64,000 nt of DNA from Octopus sinensis (GCF_006345805.1 NC_043009.1:39742001-39806000), one strand, 5' to 3'. Counted from the first letter of the stretch, positions 12,763 to 25,869 are shown. Program-made: numbers and translations. The notes: generated from the letters alone by a model not told the origin.

Positions 12763-13921
12763 ATATGTATGTATGTAAGGTCGTTCTCGGGCGCAACTGG
12801 TAAAATGTAACCGACTACAACCTGCTGCATCTTCGGACAAGCTCATGAGCAGTCAACGGCCATCGAACAATATATGAGCATGTATATGTATACATGTGTG
12901 TATGCGTGAGGACGTGGGAAGTCTGGGTTGGTGTTGAGGCGGGAGGTTGGCTCTCTGGGAGCGGGAGGCCCCTCTGTTGTTGTCACATCTCTTAGGAGAA
13001 GGAAACTCTGAGAGAAAACCTGCAACATTGACAATATTCGATTACGTAGACTGTCTCCTTTTTGAGTTTATGTTATCCATATTCAGAAAGTGTGATTGGA
13101 TCTGTGCAAATCCTTCCCCACTAAAAAAAAATCATCATGCACAGGCATCGCTTGGAAAAATGTAAGACCTATCACAAAAATGACTGGTCGTAACCTTCGA
13201 ATGTGTGGGGCTTTCGATCGGGCAATGGTTATGCTCGAACGCGATTTTCCAACCATCATGTGTGTGTGTGTATGTATGTATGTAACGCACCTACGTACCT
13301 ATCTCTCTCTCTCACCTTATGCACACACACCACGCACACAGCACACACACACACACACACCACACACACACACACACACACATGTATATGTATATGTACG
13401 TGCATATCTTCATTGAAACTTTTATATAATTGGGTGTGTTCTTTAACACCACCTACCATCTAATGTAAACGGAAATTATAGAAAGACATTTTTTTTATGT
13501 TAGGCAATCTTTGCTCGTTTTAAAAACACACCCAAGTAGTTAATTAGTTTTCTAACAACATATGCTAATGAGGTTTATCAAGTCATTGGTTAAATAGTAG
13601 TATTAGTCCAAAACATTGAAATGATTGTGGTTTAAAATGCGCTTTGTTGTATCATAGAACATACATTTTAAAGCAGATTATATCTAGTACCATTACAATT
13701 AAAAAGAAACATATTTTAAAAGTATAGCAATTAAATGAGGTTACTAAATGATGTGCAACATTTATGCCTTTCTTAAACGTAGAAATATAATTAAAAGATG
13801 GGTTTCAAAGGGAGGCAGAAAATCAAATTTGAAGCTTACTTATTTGGGCGGAATACTGGCTAACACTACCTAAATATATCATGTTAATATTTACATATAT
13901 AATATAAATACATGCCGATAT

Positions 13922-13965
<44 letters not shown>

Positions 13966-13971
13966 TATATA

Positions 13972-14002
<31 letters not shown>

Positions 14003-14055
14003 TTATGTATGTATATATATGTATATGTATTTATGTATATATATATATATATATA

Positions 14056-15345
14056 TGAAAAAGGTTTGAAAATGCAATGTAAAAGATGTTTATTACTTAA
14101 CCGGTTTCACTCTTTGGTAAAAGATTGTCAAAAGTAACATTGAATATTAGGGTTCAAAAAGTTTTTTACATATTGTCACATTGAATATTATGAATTCAAA
14201 AATGTTTTTTTATACATAATTGTCACATTACATGTATAAATATAGTGTTTGGTAACAGAGATATGTTAAGGGCATAAAAAAGTTCAATAGTGTGATGAGA
14301 ATATTTGGAAAAATTGGCAGAAAAGAATAAACAAATATATTTATGGAAATTGGTTGCGTTAATTATTGGTTGTCGCAAATTGTCCACATACATGTATATA
14401 TATACAGTCTTGGTAGAAAGGACATGTTAAAGACATAAGGAAGTGTAATAGTTGGGTGAGAAAGTTTGTAATATTGACAGAGAAAATTAAAATGGATATT
14501 CTATACATCTCAGAATATTCGAAATGAAGGCGAGAATTGTTTTTACTGACCTGTTTGTTTTAGCAGAAAGTTGAATTGAGAGAAAAAGATGTGTACCCAG
14601 TTTTGTGTATGGTTCCCCTTCAAGCATCAATGATTTTGGAGTTATCGGGAGGTGAGTATGCTGGTGTATGCGGACACATCTATTCACACCGCATACTCAC
14701 CTCCCGATAACCCAAAATCATTGATGCTTGAAGGGGAACCATACACAAAACTGGGTAAACATCTTTTTCTCTCAATTCAACTTTTCTGCTAAACAAACAG
14801 GTCAGTAAAAAACAAATTCTCGCCTTCATTTCGAAATATTCTGAGATGTATAGAATATCCATTTTAATTTTCTCTGTCAATATTACAAACTTTCTCACCA
14901 AACTATTACACTTCCTTATGTCTTAACATGTCCTTTCTACCAAAGACTGTATATATACATGTAATGTGACAATTTGCGACAACCAATAATTAACGCAACC
15001 AAATTTCCAATAATATATTTGTTTTATTCTTTTCTGCCAATTTTTCCAAATATTCTCATCACCTATTGAACTTTTTTATGCCCTAACATATCTCTGTTAC
15101 CAAACACTATATTTATACATGTAATGTGACAATTATGTATTAAAAAACATTTTTGAATTCATAATATTCAATGTGACAATTATGTAAAAAACTTTTTTGA
15201 ACCCATAATATTCAATGTTACTTTTGACAATCTTTTACCAAAGAGTGAAACCGGTTAAGTAAATAAACATCTTTTAAATTGCATTTTCAAACCTTCTTTC
15301 ATATATAATTCCACTCGTGCGATACCCCACAACTCAACTTTTTTA
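14056..15345. mobile_element. Large fold-back element: ~615-bp near-identical inverted arms, ~20-nt loop, ~40-bp one-sided tail, in (TA)n
   Basis: Left arm ~14056-14668 is the reverse complement of ~14688-15302; each arm has internal tgtcacatt repeats; tail aattccactcgtgcgataccccacaactcaac. Confidence 0.9.
15218..15262 (+). ncRNA. Minimal hammerhead-like motif with U3:A8 core (mirror copy 14093-14137, minus)
   Basis: TTACTT-TTGACAA-TCTTT-tacc-AAAGA-gt-GAAAC-CG-GTT-AAGTAA: 6-bp perfect stem I, palindromic ACCGGT; base of stem II atypical. Confidence 0.65.
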
Positions 15346-15365
15346 TATATATATATATATATATG

Positions 15366-15733
15366 TATAAAGATCCTGTATTTGTGTAATAAATATACCA
15401 TGGTTTCATGTTAAGGAAAACTTCAACAATTGTTCAAGCTAATCCCATAGAAAAATCGGTGTTCGTTTCCATTTGGGATTAAAATACGAGAAGTCACTGA
15501 AAGCCACAACAAATTCACGGGAGAATTTCGGTCAAGAAAAACAAGATGTCAAAGGGAGCGACTCTTGGAAGATTATTTCTCTTGGGTTCAACTTTTGTTT
15601 TTGCACACACAAACATTCCTGGTGTAACGTTTAAACTGCAAAGTGTTTAAATTGCAAAATTTAGTGCCGCTCCTTAACATGAAACAATGGTAGACTTAAT
15701 ACACGAATAAGGTGTAATGTATATTGTATATAT

Positions 15734-15777
<44 letters not shown>

Positions 15778-16157
15778 CCGTAAATTAGAGAGCCCAACTT
15801 TGAATATGTTAACTCTAGTGCTAGAAATAGCTCCAACCGGTATATTCGCCAACGATATTCCAAATAGAAATAGCACTACAATCAACGCTATGAAATTGAA
15901 ATACAACTAAAATAATGGATTAATGTGGTACAATTGTTTCCTCATTAACAAAATACGCAGATTATACTTACATAGTGTCTATGATTCGTCAGCAACATTT
16001 GTCAATATAATTAATCAGACAGAGCCCTAGAGTTAACATATTCAAAGTTGGCTCTCTAATATTTACGGATAAATATGAATTTGTATCCCGGTTTATTGTG
16101 CTAGGTCGCTTGGTGTTAAAATAAGGGTATTATTGATTAATATCTATAATTTTATTC
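15366..16157. repeat. Block duplicated at ~16277-17090 across the gap
   Basis: Near-identical direct repeat differing mainly by small indels. Confidence 0.9.
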
Positions 16158-16257
16158 NNNNNNNNNNNNNNNNNNNNNNNNNNNNNNNNNNNNNNNNNNN
16201 NNNNNNNNNNNNNNNNNNNNNNNNNNNNNNNNNNNNNNNNNNNNNNNNNNNNNNNNN
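16158..16257. other. Assembly gap (100 N)
   Basis: Seen directly. Confidence 1.
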
Positions 16258-16284
16258 ATATATATATATATATATGTATAAAGA

Positions 16285-16636
16285 TCCTGTATTTGTGTAA
16301 TAAATATACCATCGGTTTCATGTTAAGGAAAACTTCAACAATTGTTCAAGCTAATCCCATAGAAAAATCGGTGTTCGTTTCCATTTGGGATTTAAATACG
16401 ACAAGTCACTGAAAGCCACAACAACATAATTCACGGGAGAAATTTCGGTCAGAAAAACAAGATGTCAAAGGGAGCGACTCTTGGAAGATTATTTCTCTTG
16501 GGTTCAACTTTTGGTTTTTTGCACACACAAACATTCCTGGTGTACACGTTTAAACTGCAAGTGTTTAAAATTGCCAAAATTTAGTGTCAGCTCCTTAACA
16601 TGAAACAATGGTAGACTTAATACACGAATAAGGTGT
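16285..16636. repeat. Element with ~40-bp imperfect inverted ends in TA tracts (copy at ~15375-15716; further inverted fragment at ~17320-17355)
   Basis: gtatttgtgtaataaatataccatcggtttcatgttaagga vs reverse complement of tccttaacatgaaacaatggtagacttaatacacgaata. Confidence 0.7.
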
Positions 16637-16702
16637 ATATGTATATCTGTATATATATATATAATTATATATTTATATATATATATATATAATATATATA
16701 TA

Positions 16703-17107
16703 ATCCGTAAATATTAGAGAGCCAACTTTGAATATGTTAACTCTAGTGCTAGAAATAGCTCCAACCGGTATATTCGCCACACGATAATTCCACATAGAAA
16801 TAGCACTACAATCAACGCTATAAATTTGAATACAACTAAATAATGGATTAATGTTGTACAATTGTTTCCTCATTAACAAAATACGCAGATTATACTTACA
16901 TAGTTGTCTATGATTCGTCAGCAACATTTGTCAATATAATTAATCAGACTAGAGCACTAGAGTTAACATATTCAAAGTTGGCTCTCTAATATTTACGGAT
17001 AAATATGAATTTGTATTCCCGGTTTATTGTGCTAGGTCGCTTGGTGTTAAAATAAGGGTATTATTGAATTAATATCTATAATTTTATTCACCCTCATTAT
17101 TGAATGT
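16703..17107. mobile_element. Fold-back element: ~48-bp arms, ~200-bp loop containing a hammerhead, ~105-bp one-sided tail
   Basis: atccgtaaatattagagagccaactttgaatatgttaactctagtgct mirrored at ~16953-17000; flanked by TA tracts. Confidence 0.85.
16850..16928 (-). ncRNA. Type I hammerhead motif with intact core (duplicate at 15922-15999)
   Basis: Minus strand: AATGTTG-CTGACGA-aTCATaGAC...GTTaATGAg-GAAAC-AATT-GTA-CAACATT; 7-bp perfect stem I, palindromic ACAATTGT. Confidence 0.8.
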
Positions 17108-17126
17108 ATATATATATATATATATG

Positions 17127-17259
17127 TAAGAAATTAAAAAAGAAAAATACGCACACTTACATAGTTTTAAAATAATTTTTAGTATATCGACCGGTTTCGT
17201 TATTCGGTTTGTTATATTAAAACTATGTAAGTGTGCGTATTTTCTTTTTTAATTTCTTA
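17127..17259. repeat. Fold-back palindrome (~43-bp arms); loop holds the 3' half of a hammerhead
   Basis: aagaaattaaaaaagaaaaatacgcacacttacatagttttaa mirrored; loop on minus strand reads GAAAC-CG-GTC-GATATA; same family as 17881-18031. Confidence 0.85.
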
Positions 17260-17355
17260 TATATATATATGTATATATGTATATACAGACATAGATATAC
17301 ACCTTATTCGTGTATTAAGGCTAACCATTGTTTCAGTTAGGAGCTGCACTAAATT

Positions 17356-17433
17356 ATATTCTATATTATATATATATATTATATATATATTATATATATA
17401 GATATATATATATATATTATATATATATATATA

Positions 17434-17474
<41 letters not shown>

Positions 17475-17599
17475 TATATATCATAATATATATATATAAA
17501 TATATATATAGTATCTATATATATATATATATAATATATATAATATATATATTATATATATATATATAATCTATATATATATATAATATATATATAATC

Positions 17600-17675
<76 letters not shown>

Positions 17676-17678
17676 TAT

Positions 17679-17710
<32 letters not shown>

Positions 17711-17790
17711 CTATATAAATATATATATATTATATTATATATATATAATATATGATATATATATATTCTATATAATATATATATTATATA

Positions 17791-17830
<40 letters not shown>

Positions 17831-17880
17831 TTATATATATATATATATTTAACTTATATGTATTTTACTTATTTGAATAT
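17356..17880. repeat. Long imperfect (TA)n tract
   Basis: Seen directly. Confidence 0.95.
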
Positions 17881-17920
17881 ATATATCATGAATAGCGATA
17901 GCGAAACCGTGTCGATATAT
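17881..17920 (+). ncRNA. Minimal hammerhead-like motif with A3:U8 core
   Basis: ATATATC-ATGAATA-GC-gata-GC-GAAAC-cgt-GTC-GATATAT; followed by the 17127 arm sequence and a unique tail to ~18031. Confidence 0.55.
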
Positions 17921-18043
17921 TAAAAATTATATTAAAACTATGTAAGTGTGCGTATTTTCCTTTTTTAATTTCTTATATACATTACAACTCACCACGTGGG
18001 GATAATCGAACTTCCTCTTTTCTGTTAATACTATATATATATA

Positions 18044-18115
<72 letters not shown>

Positions 18116-18346
18116 CATTCCGAATTTGAGGAAGCAATATCACCGTAAAGGATTGTTAAAAACAATCCTGATGCCGACTGGGTTTAACCAAATTTATTGA
18201 TTGGAAGATCATCAATATACATGTGTATAAATAGTTTCAGAAAATTAAAATGTCAATAATAGAAAATAGAGAAGAAAAATGCTTCGTTCATTTTATTTGT
18301 ATAACAATGGGAAAAGTGATGCAAATTAAAGGATGAAAAGAATATA

Positions 18347-19967
18347 CAGTTGCGGCAAAAATGTTCAGAACAGCATTGTTTTCGTCAGAAAAGTAGATGT
18401 AGGTTTTTATTAAAGTTGTTTTATTTTCTATAATTTTCACAGACAATAAATACGATATTAATTGGTATTGTCTGAGATTTTGGTGTAATTTGAGTGGAAA
18501 ATACAAAAGTTATGGATGATATAGTGATTTACTGCAAAACCCATGGTGGCCAAAATGATCAGAACGGTTGAAAAAATAACAAAATAATCATAAAGTGACA
18601 GAGAATGCTGGAATTATTTCATATCTAGTGTGAATCCCTTTAGCTTCAATCAAAGTTTGACATTTTTGACTGCATGGGGAAATTAATTTTCAATTTCTTG
18701 CTGGGTGATCTTATTCCATTCTTCGTGAAGGGCATTCCATAATTGCTCGGTTGTTTTAGGATTTCTGACTTTCAAAACGTTCTCCTAGAATATTCCACAC
18801 ATTTTTCAATAGAATTGAGGTCTGGGCTTGAGCAGGCCACTCCATAACAATAACCTTTTCAGCCTTGAGGAAGTTCATGACCACCTTAGCCTTGTAACAT
18901 GGGCTTGTCCTGCATGAATATGGGTGGTCGCTTAGTTGAATTTCTCAGCACAAAGCAAGACATGATCTTTTACAAGTTGTTATAAACTCCTGCATTTACC
19001 TTTCCATGTAATCGCGCAAAGGGCCCACAACATCTCCAGATATCATCCCCCAACCATGACACCTCTCTCCACCGAATTAACAGTAGTCTTAAGGCATTTA
19101 GGTGACAATTTTTCACCTGCTTTTCGACGAACGTACCTTTTTCCATCTGAGCCAAATAACATAGACTTATATTATCACTGAAATGCACCGTTTGCCCATT
19201 TTTCTTGAGACCACAACACATGTTCGGTTGCAAAGGTAAGACGACACACTTTTTATTCTTTGAGCTGTCAGAGGCTTCACTGCAGGTGCTCTTGCTTGTA
19301 GGTCATGTTCAACTAAAGGACGAGACACAGTTTTTCGAGTTTTCTTCAGTACAATGCTCATTTCCCGAAAAACAGCAGCAGCAGTTTTAAATCTGTCCTT
19401 TTTAACCAACTTTACCATAGCACGATCTTCTCTCTTGGTAATTTTTCTTGGCCTACCTGTAGACTTTCTTGCTTGACACGAACCACAATCATCGTAGAAC
19501 ATAAGAATACCGTGAACAACACTTTTTGATTTGTTAACAATCTTTGCAATAAACCTAATACTTAAATTATCCTTCTTTCGAAGCTTAATAATCTGCTGAC
19601 GAATTGGTAACGGAGTAAGTGGCATTATATTAACAAAGTACACTGCAGATATTCTTATTAATGTTTAGTAAACGAAGTGTCACGTAAACAAATTCAAAAC
19701 ATTATAGTTCGGCGGTTAAATATACTAAAACATGGAGTAAAAGCAACCGTTCTGATCATTTGGGCCGCCATGGGTTTTGCAGTAAATCTCTAAATCATCC
19801 ATAACTTTTGTATTATCCTCTCAAATTACACCAAAATCTCAGACAATAACAAATAATATCGTATTTATTGTCTGTGAAAATTATAGAATATAAAACAACT
19901 TTGATAAAAACTTATACCTACTTTTCTGACGAAAACAGTGCCGTTCTGAACATTTTGGCCGCAACTG
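18347..19967 (-). mobile_element. Tc1-family transposon, IR/DR type, complete with ~224-bp TIRs and TA TSD; transposase disrupted
   Basis: TA-CAGTTGCGG...CCGCAACTG-TA; TIRs 18347-18570 and 19744-19967; ORF fragments LSIRFIAKIVNKSKSVVH, TGRPRKIT, VHFSD, MQD, WPAQ-PDLNSIE. Confidence 0.95.
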
Positions 19968-20309
19968 TAGTTATAAGAGTATAAAAGGAATTCCCTCAAC
20001 CAACAAAATATCCCAAAATCCTTTTTAAAATATTCTACACACATATATATGCTTCGATATAACAATATTTAAGAATCATCAAAAATTATAACTTTAAAGG
20101 ATGCACTAATCTGCATATTGTCTTATCTCTTCCGTAAAGCTAAGTGTATTTTAGTCTTGAGTGTAAGTGTGATGGTGATGATGGTGGATCTCCGTCGGTC
20201 GGTTATGAATATTGAGCTCTTTGGTCCTGTAACTAAACTTAATAATCATGCTGGATTATTACACAGTCAGGTGTACACTTAACGTTTGTGTGCGCGTGTT
20301 TACATGCCC

Positions 20310-20403
<94 letters not shown>

Positions 20404-22059
20404 CCTCTGTGTGCGTAAACAGAGCTGAACTAAGAGATATAACTCAGAGTGAACAGTGGCGTGTATTTGAACGACATAGCTAATTAAAGGTTTATCAAAT
20501 ACTATACACCACGTATTGTCTGCTGCGCGACCACATCTTTAGGACTGAAACGCATAAAATAATGAAAGAATAAATAGCAGCTAAGAGCATCTACGATTGC
20601 GGACGGTGATAATGATGAGATTCAAGAACGTTTCCATGTAGAGCTGGTCTAAATATACTACAAAATATATGTATTCTAACAAAATAGCTACTTTATATGT
20701 ATCTATATACATACATATATATATATATACACGCACATACATACATATATGTACATATACGCGTGTGTGTTTATATATATATAGCTATAGATATATTTAT
20801 ATATGTATGTATTATTACATGCATATAAGAAGCATGATCACTAAGTAGACATGCATATGCTAGAAGTCGATCCCCTATGATCTTACCACTAAGAAAGGAA
20901 TATTCTCAAGATTGTTGTGAATCTTCAGATTTTTCTACATGCTAGACCACTGGTTTTAAATTGATATTAATCAAATTTATATTCAATGTTTCACCCTTGT
21001 TATCTTAAATTTATATATATATGTATACATATGTTCCTTTTATATATATCTATATATATGCATATATATATATATATATATTATATAGATATATGATATG
21101 TTTATACTATAGCTGTATATTTTCTATCAATGCATCTTTATGGGTTCGAGAGATGCAATTCAACAGTAAGTTTAAATTTTGCCCCTTTTACTGTTAAGAA
21201 GCGAACTCTCTTGATATAGGGTGACTAAAATTATCAAAATATTTGAACGTGCTGGCTATCGGAGCAAGGAACAATTTGATTTATCGAATGATCGAAAATA
21301 AAAGGCATGTGATTTCTCTTACAGTTATTGGAAGACGAAAAACTTTGATCTATCGAAATATTTGAAGAACATGGATTACAAGAGAAGGAAAACCTTCGAT
21401 TTATCGAATAATGAGGCATAAAGAATTTTTCATCTAAGGTTGTTTAAAAGCCTTGTGGAGTTTGGAAAGAAATAAATAAAGAAAGAAAGAAATTGGAGTG
21501 AAGAGTAAAGACAAATTATAAGACTCTAGTGGAGGGTGAAAAGTTTTCTTTGAATTTTAGCTGGTTGGGCATATTCACTCAGTCAAATTTGTGTTAACTT
21601 CTGGCAAACAGAAATCCGTTTACGTTTTTGCTGTGGAGTTTTTAAATGCGTGCTTGTTGAAATATTTATAAAACAGACACTGTTATATGGTTTAGAGACG
21701 TGGTAAGCAACCTTCCATTTCTAGTATCTTCTTCCATTGACCTCGAGTTTGCCAATAATCAATTTAGCGGGTGGTAATTGGATAGAACTATATATATTGT
21801 TTTTCAACTTCATAGAAATTTACTTCTAGTTTGCTAAGACTTGTGTGTGGGCGTATGTGTGTGTGTGAGTGTGTGTGTGCGCGCGCGTGTATCTGCGTGT
21901 GTGTACCACCGTTCGAAGGTCTCGAGCCTTGAGTTACTCCTGAGAAATATTTAAAAAAATATACCTATACTCATATTTTGTGCATCATCTTCAACATCAT
22001 CTCTCTATCTCTCTTTCTCTTTCTATATATATTTATATATATACACGTACGCACACACA

Positions 22060-22094
<35 letters not shown>

Positions 22095-22096
22095 AT

Positions 22097-22430
22097 TCTT
22101 TTCCGTGTTTCAGTCATTAGACACCGGCTAAGCTGGAAAACCGCCTTCAAGAATTTTAGTCAAATCACTCGACCCTTGTACATATTTGCATTTTATAAGC
22201 TCGTGGGATAAACACAGATACAAATACAAGTACACACACGCACGCACACACACACACACATATGCACGACAATCCTCTTCCAGTTTTCGTCTAGCAAATC
22301 CACTCAGAAGCCGTTGGTCAGCCTGGGGTTTTAGAAGATGAAACTTAGCTAATGTGTTACGCAGTGGGAATAAACCCAGAACCATGTGGTTAGGAGACAC
22401 ACTACTTACCACTCGGTCACACCTGCACCT
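22097..22430 (-). mobile_element. Family A SINE with internal (CA)n
   Basis: cagtttt...aaatccactc...gaaccatgtggtt...cttaccac, homologous to 37017-37412. Confidence 0.8.
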
Positions 22431-22769
22431 ATGTATATACGTATGATATTTTGAGGTTTAAATATTCTTCATCGATGTCTATGTAAGGGACCGGGAGATA
22501 ATTTTCAAAATTAAATTTAAATTGTTTAGGAAAATTTTCCCATTTAACTATTCAGAACGAAGGAATCTGTTATAAGGTGAATAATGATATACAGAGCAGT
22601 AGATTGGTGGAACTGTGACAGGATTAGCATAGCTGTTATGCAGTACCAGTTCTAGCTCATCAGATTTTGGCCAGCATAGGTGCAACATAACAGATGCGAA
22701 ATCGAACATGCTCATCTGTAATCTTTTTGTTGCATAAACATCGGTAGCGTGACGCGTAGTGACTTCAGT

Positions 22770-23113
22770 GCGTGATAATGCACCAATTCACACAGCTACA
22801 GTTGTTACTGAATGGCACAAGGAACTTTCTCGTGAAGTTAAACATCTTATCTGGCCACTTTAGTCCCAAGATGTGAATATTATTGAACATTTATGGTGCA
22901 TTTTAGAAAAACAAGTAAGGAGTCGATATACTCCACCATCATCACTACAAGAACTGGAGACTTTTTAGCTGAAGAACGAACAAAAATTCCTTTCGAAACA
23001 ATCCACACGTCGTAGAATTCAAGCTGTAATTACTGCCAATGGCGGTCCTATCCCATATTAAAATAAATTTGTTTGAAACTTTAAGGTGTTTCCATTATTT
23101 TGTCCAACTCCTC
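22770..23113 (+). mobile_element. Tc1 3' fragment
   Basis: Reads DNAPIHTA...WPL*SQDVNIIEHLW; ends with a TIR-like ttattttgtccaactcctcta. Confidence 0.8.
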
Positions 23114-23149
23114 TATGTGTGTGTGTGTGTTTGTGTGTGTAGTCGCACA

Positions 23150-23312
23150 CAATATATATATATATATATTATATATATATACATACAATATATATATATA
23201 TACATACATACAATATATATATATACACAATATATATATATTTATATATATACACATATATATAAATAGAGAGAGACAGACAGATAAATAGATAGATAGA
23301 TAGATAAATAGT

Positions 23313-23345
<33 letters not shown>

Positions 23346-23369
23346 GGATAGATAGATAGATGGATATAC

Positions 23370-23463
<94 letters not shown>

Positions 23464-23465
23464 AT
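23150..23465. repeat. (TA)n plus (GATA)n microsatellite
   Basis: Seen directly. Confidence 0.95.
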
Positions 23466-23984
23466 GTGCGTGCATGTGCTTCGATGAATAATACTCTGAT
23501 CAAGAAATATAGTTAGCAGTCTTCCAAATTTTAATGATGCTGCATAAAGCTTTATATATATTTTCTTTCACACAGGAACTATAAAATATGGATCCTCTAA
23601 AATACCGTTGAAGTATTTTAAAACATTTCATGCAATTTCTATGGGCGTGTTTGAATATTTTCTTTTTAATATTCAGCATCGTGTTTTTGACGTGTATGAT
23701 ATATTGCAATACATACTTCGTCATATATTCCGGAAAATGTAAAAGGAAACTAAAAGCAATAGGTTTTTAATCTTTATTATCACAGCAACCACCAGACTTC
23801 TACAGTTCTATAACTCCAGCTCCCTTACGTATGTGATAAATCAACAAAACATTGTTGTTGTTTTTTTGTTTTTTTTTAACTTCTTCCACACTAACAATAA
23901 TATAACGTTAAAAATTTACAAAATAATGTGAGATTTATGATACAAGAAATATCAGAAATTTATTGATGCAGGATACACCACACA

Positions 23985-24015
<31 letters not shown>

Positions 24016-24485
24016 TAATATATATATATATATATATTATATTATATTATATTATATTATATATTATATATTATATATTCATATATATAATATATATAAT
24101 ATATATGTATATAAAATAAATATATATACATATATCAATATATATATATTATATAACTATGTATATATATACATATATATTATGTAAGTATTTATTTATA
24201 TATATGTATTTATATGTGCGTGTATGTGTGTCGTAATGTGTATGTACGTTAGCAAGTGTGTTTTTGTGTGTCACTCCAGACGACTTGCGGCATGTGTTTT
24301 GGCTCTTTGCTTTCTAGGTTCAAATCTTCTCATCGATATTTTTCTCTTCCCCCAATTTTTTTTTTTTGAACCCAATATTTTACATGCTGTTATTTGTAGA
24401 TAAATGTGTACTCCGAGATGCACCCTTCTAAAACAGAATTATTTCACGTTCACTCAAAATTTGCATGGCGTCAGCAATAGTTGTA

Positions 24486-24870
24486 TGGAAGCACTCCGTC
24501 AGTTACGACGACGAGGGTTCCGGTTGATCCGAATCAACGGAACAGCCTGCTCGTGAAATTAACGTGTAAGTGGCTGAGCACTCCACAGACACGTGTCCCC
24601 TTAACGTAGTTCTCGGGGATATTCAGTGTGACACAGAGAGTGACAAGGCCGGCCCTTTGAAATACAGGTACAACAGAAACAGGAAGTAAGAGTGAGAGAA
24701 AGTTGTGGTGAAAGAGTACAGCAGGGATCACTACCATCCCCTGCCGGAGCCTCGTGGAGCTTTAGGTGTTTTCGCTCAATAAACACTCACAACACCCGGT
24801 CTGGGAATCGAAACCGCGATCCTATGACCGCGAGTCCGCTGCCCTAACCACTGGGCCATTGCGCCTCCAC
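24486..24870 (-). mobile_element. Young tRNA-derived SINE (family C)
   Basis: Near-identical to 32212-32598; TSD aatagttgta/aataattgta. Confidence 0.92.
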
Positions 24871-25359
24871 AATAATTGTATATGTATGTGTGCGTGTGTA
24901 TACTTGTGATTGTGTGTGGGTGGGGGGTGCAACTCTGTGTGTGTGTGTGTGTGTGTGTAAGATTATCTGTTTGTAAGAATGAAGCATGGTCACATGCATT
25001 AGATATCCGCTTTGCAATCAAGAAGCCCTATTATTTGATTTTGCAGCAGGACATTACGGAATGGCATCTTTTTTTCCATAGCCTCGCTTCGAAACGTGAC
25101 TTGTTAGTGAAATTCGGTCGAGGAGAACAGAGTGGAAGCACATCATATTTAGATCTTCTCTTACACACCGTGACAAGTACATTTTTAGCTAAGCTTTATG
25201 TTACGGCAACACAACCTCACTTCTATATCAAATCACTTTCACACTAGTTCAAAGGGCACGTTGGTTGAACAACTAAATCCACATCGCTGACACCCACGAA
25301 GATCCATATCTATAGGTGTCCACACGCACGCACACACGCACACAACACACACACACACA

Positions 25360-25640
25360 TCTTTTACCCCTTTACTTGTTTCAGTTGCTTGGCTGTAACA
25401 AACTTAGGACACCGCTCTGAAAGGTTATTAGGACGTAAACACACCAACACTGGTTGTCATGCGGTGCTGGGAACACACACACATATATGTATGATGGGCT
25501 TCTTTCAGTTTCCGTCTACCCAATCCATTCACTAGGCTCGAAGCTTTAGTAGAAAACACCTGCCCAATGTTTCACGCAGTGAACTGAACCCGGAACCATG
25601 TTGTTGAGAGGTAAGCTTCTTACCACACGGCCACGCTCAC
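25360..25640 (-). mobile_element. Family A SINE
   Basis: cttctttcagtttccgtctacc...gaacccggaaccatg...cttaccacacggccacgc. Confidence 0.8.
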
Positions 25641-25869
25641 ACCTTTTAGCACGCATCCACCCCTGCACCTGTATATATGTCAGTAAAATTCGGTTGAGGA
25701 GAACAGTTTCGAAGCCCGTCATATTTAGATCTCACGTTAATTTTCGCCTGGGAATTATACTATGGTAACACAAGTTACCATATTTATTACAGGTTTTGGA
25801 AGAGCACCTATGTATTTGTATGTGTGTGTGTGTGTGAGAGAGAGAGAGAGGGGGAGGAGAGTGTGTGTG

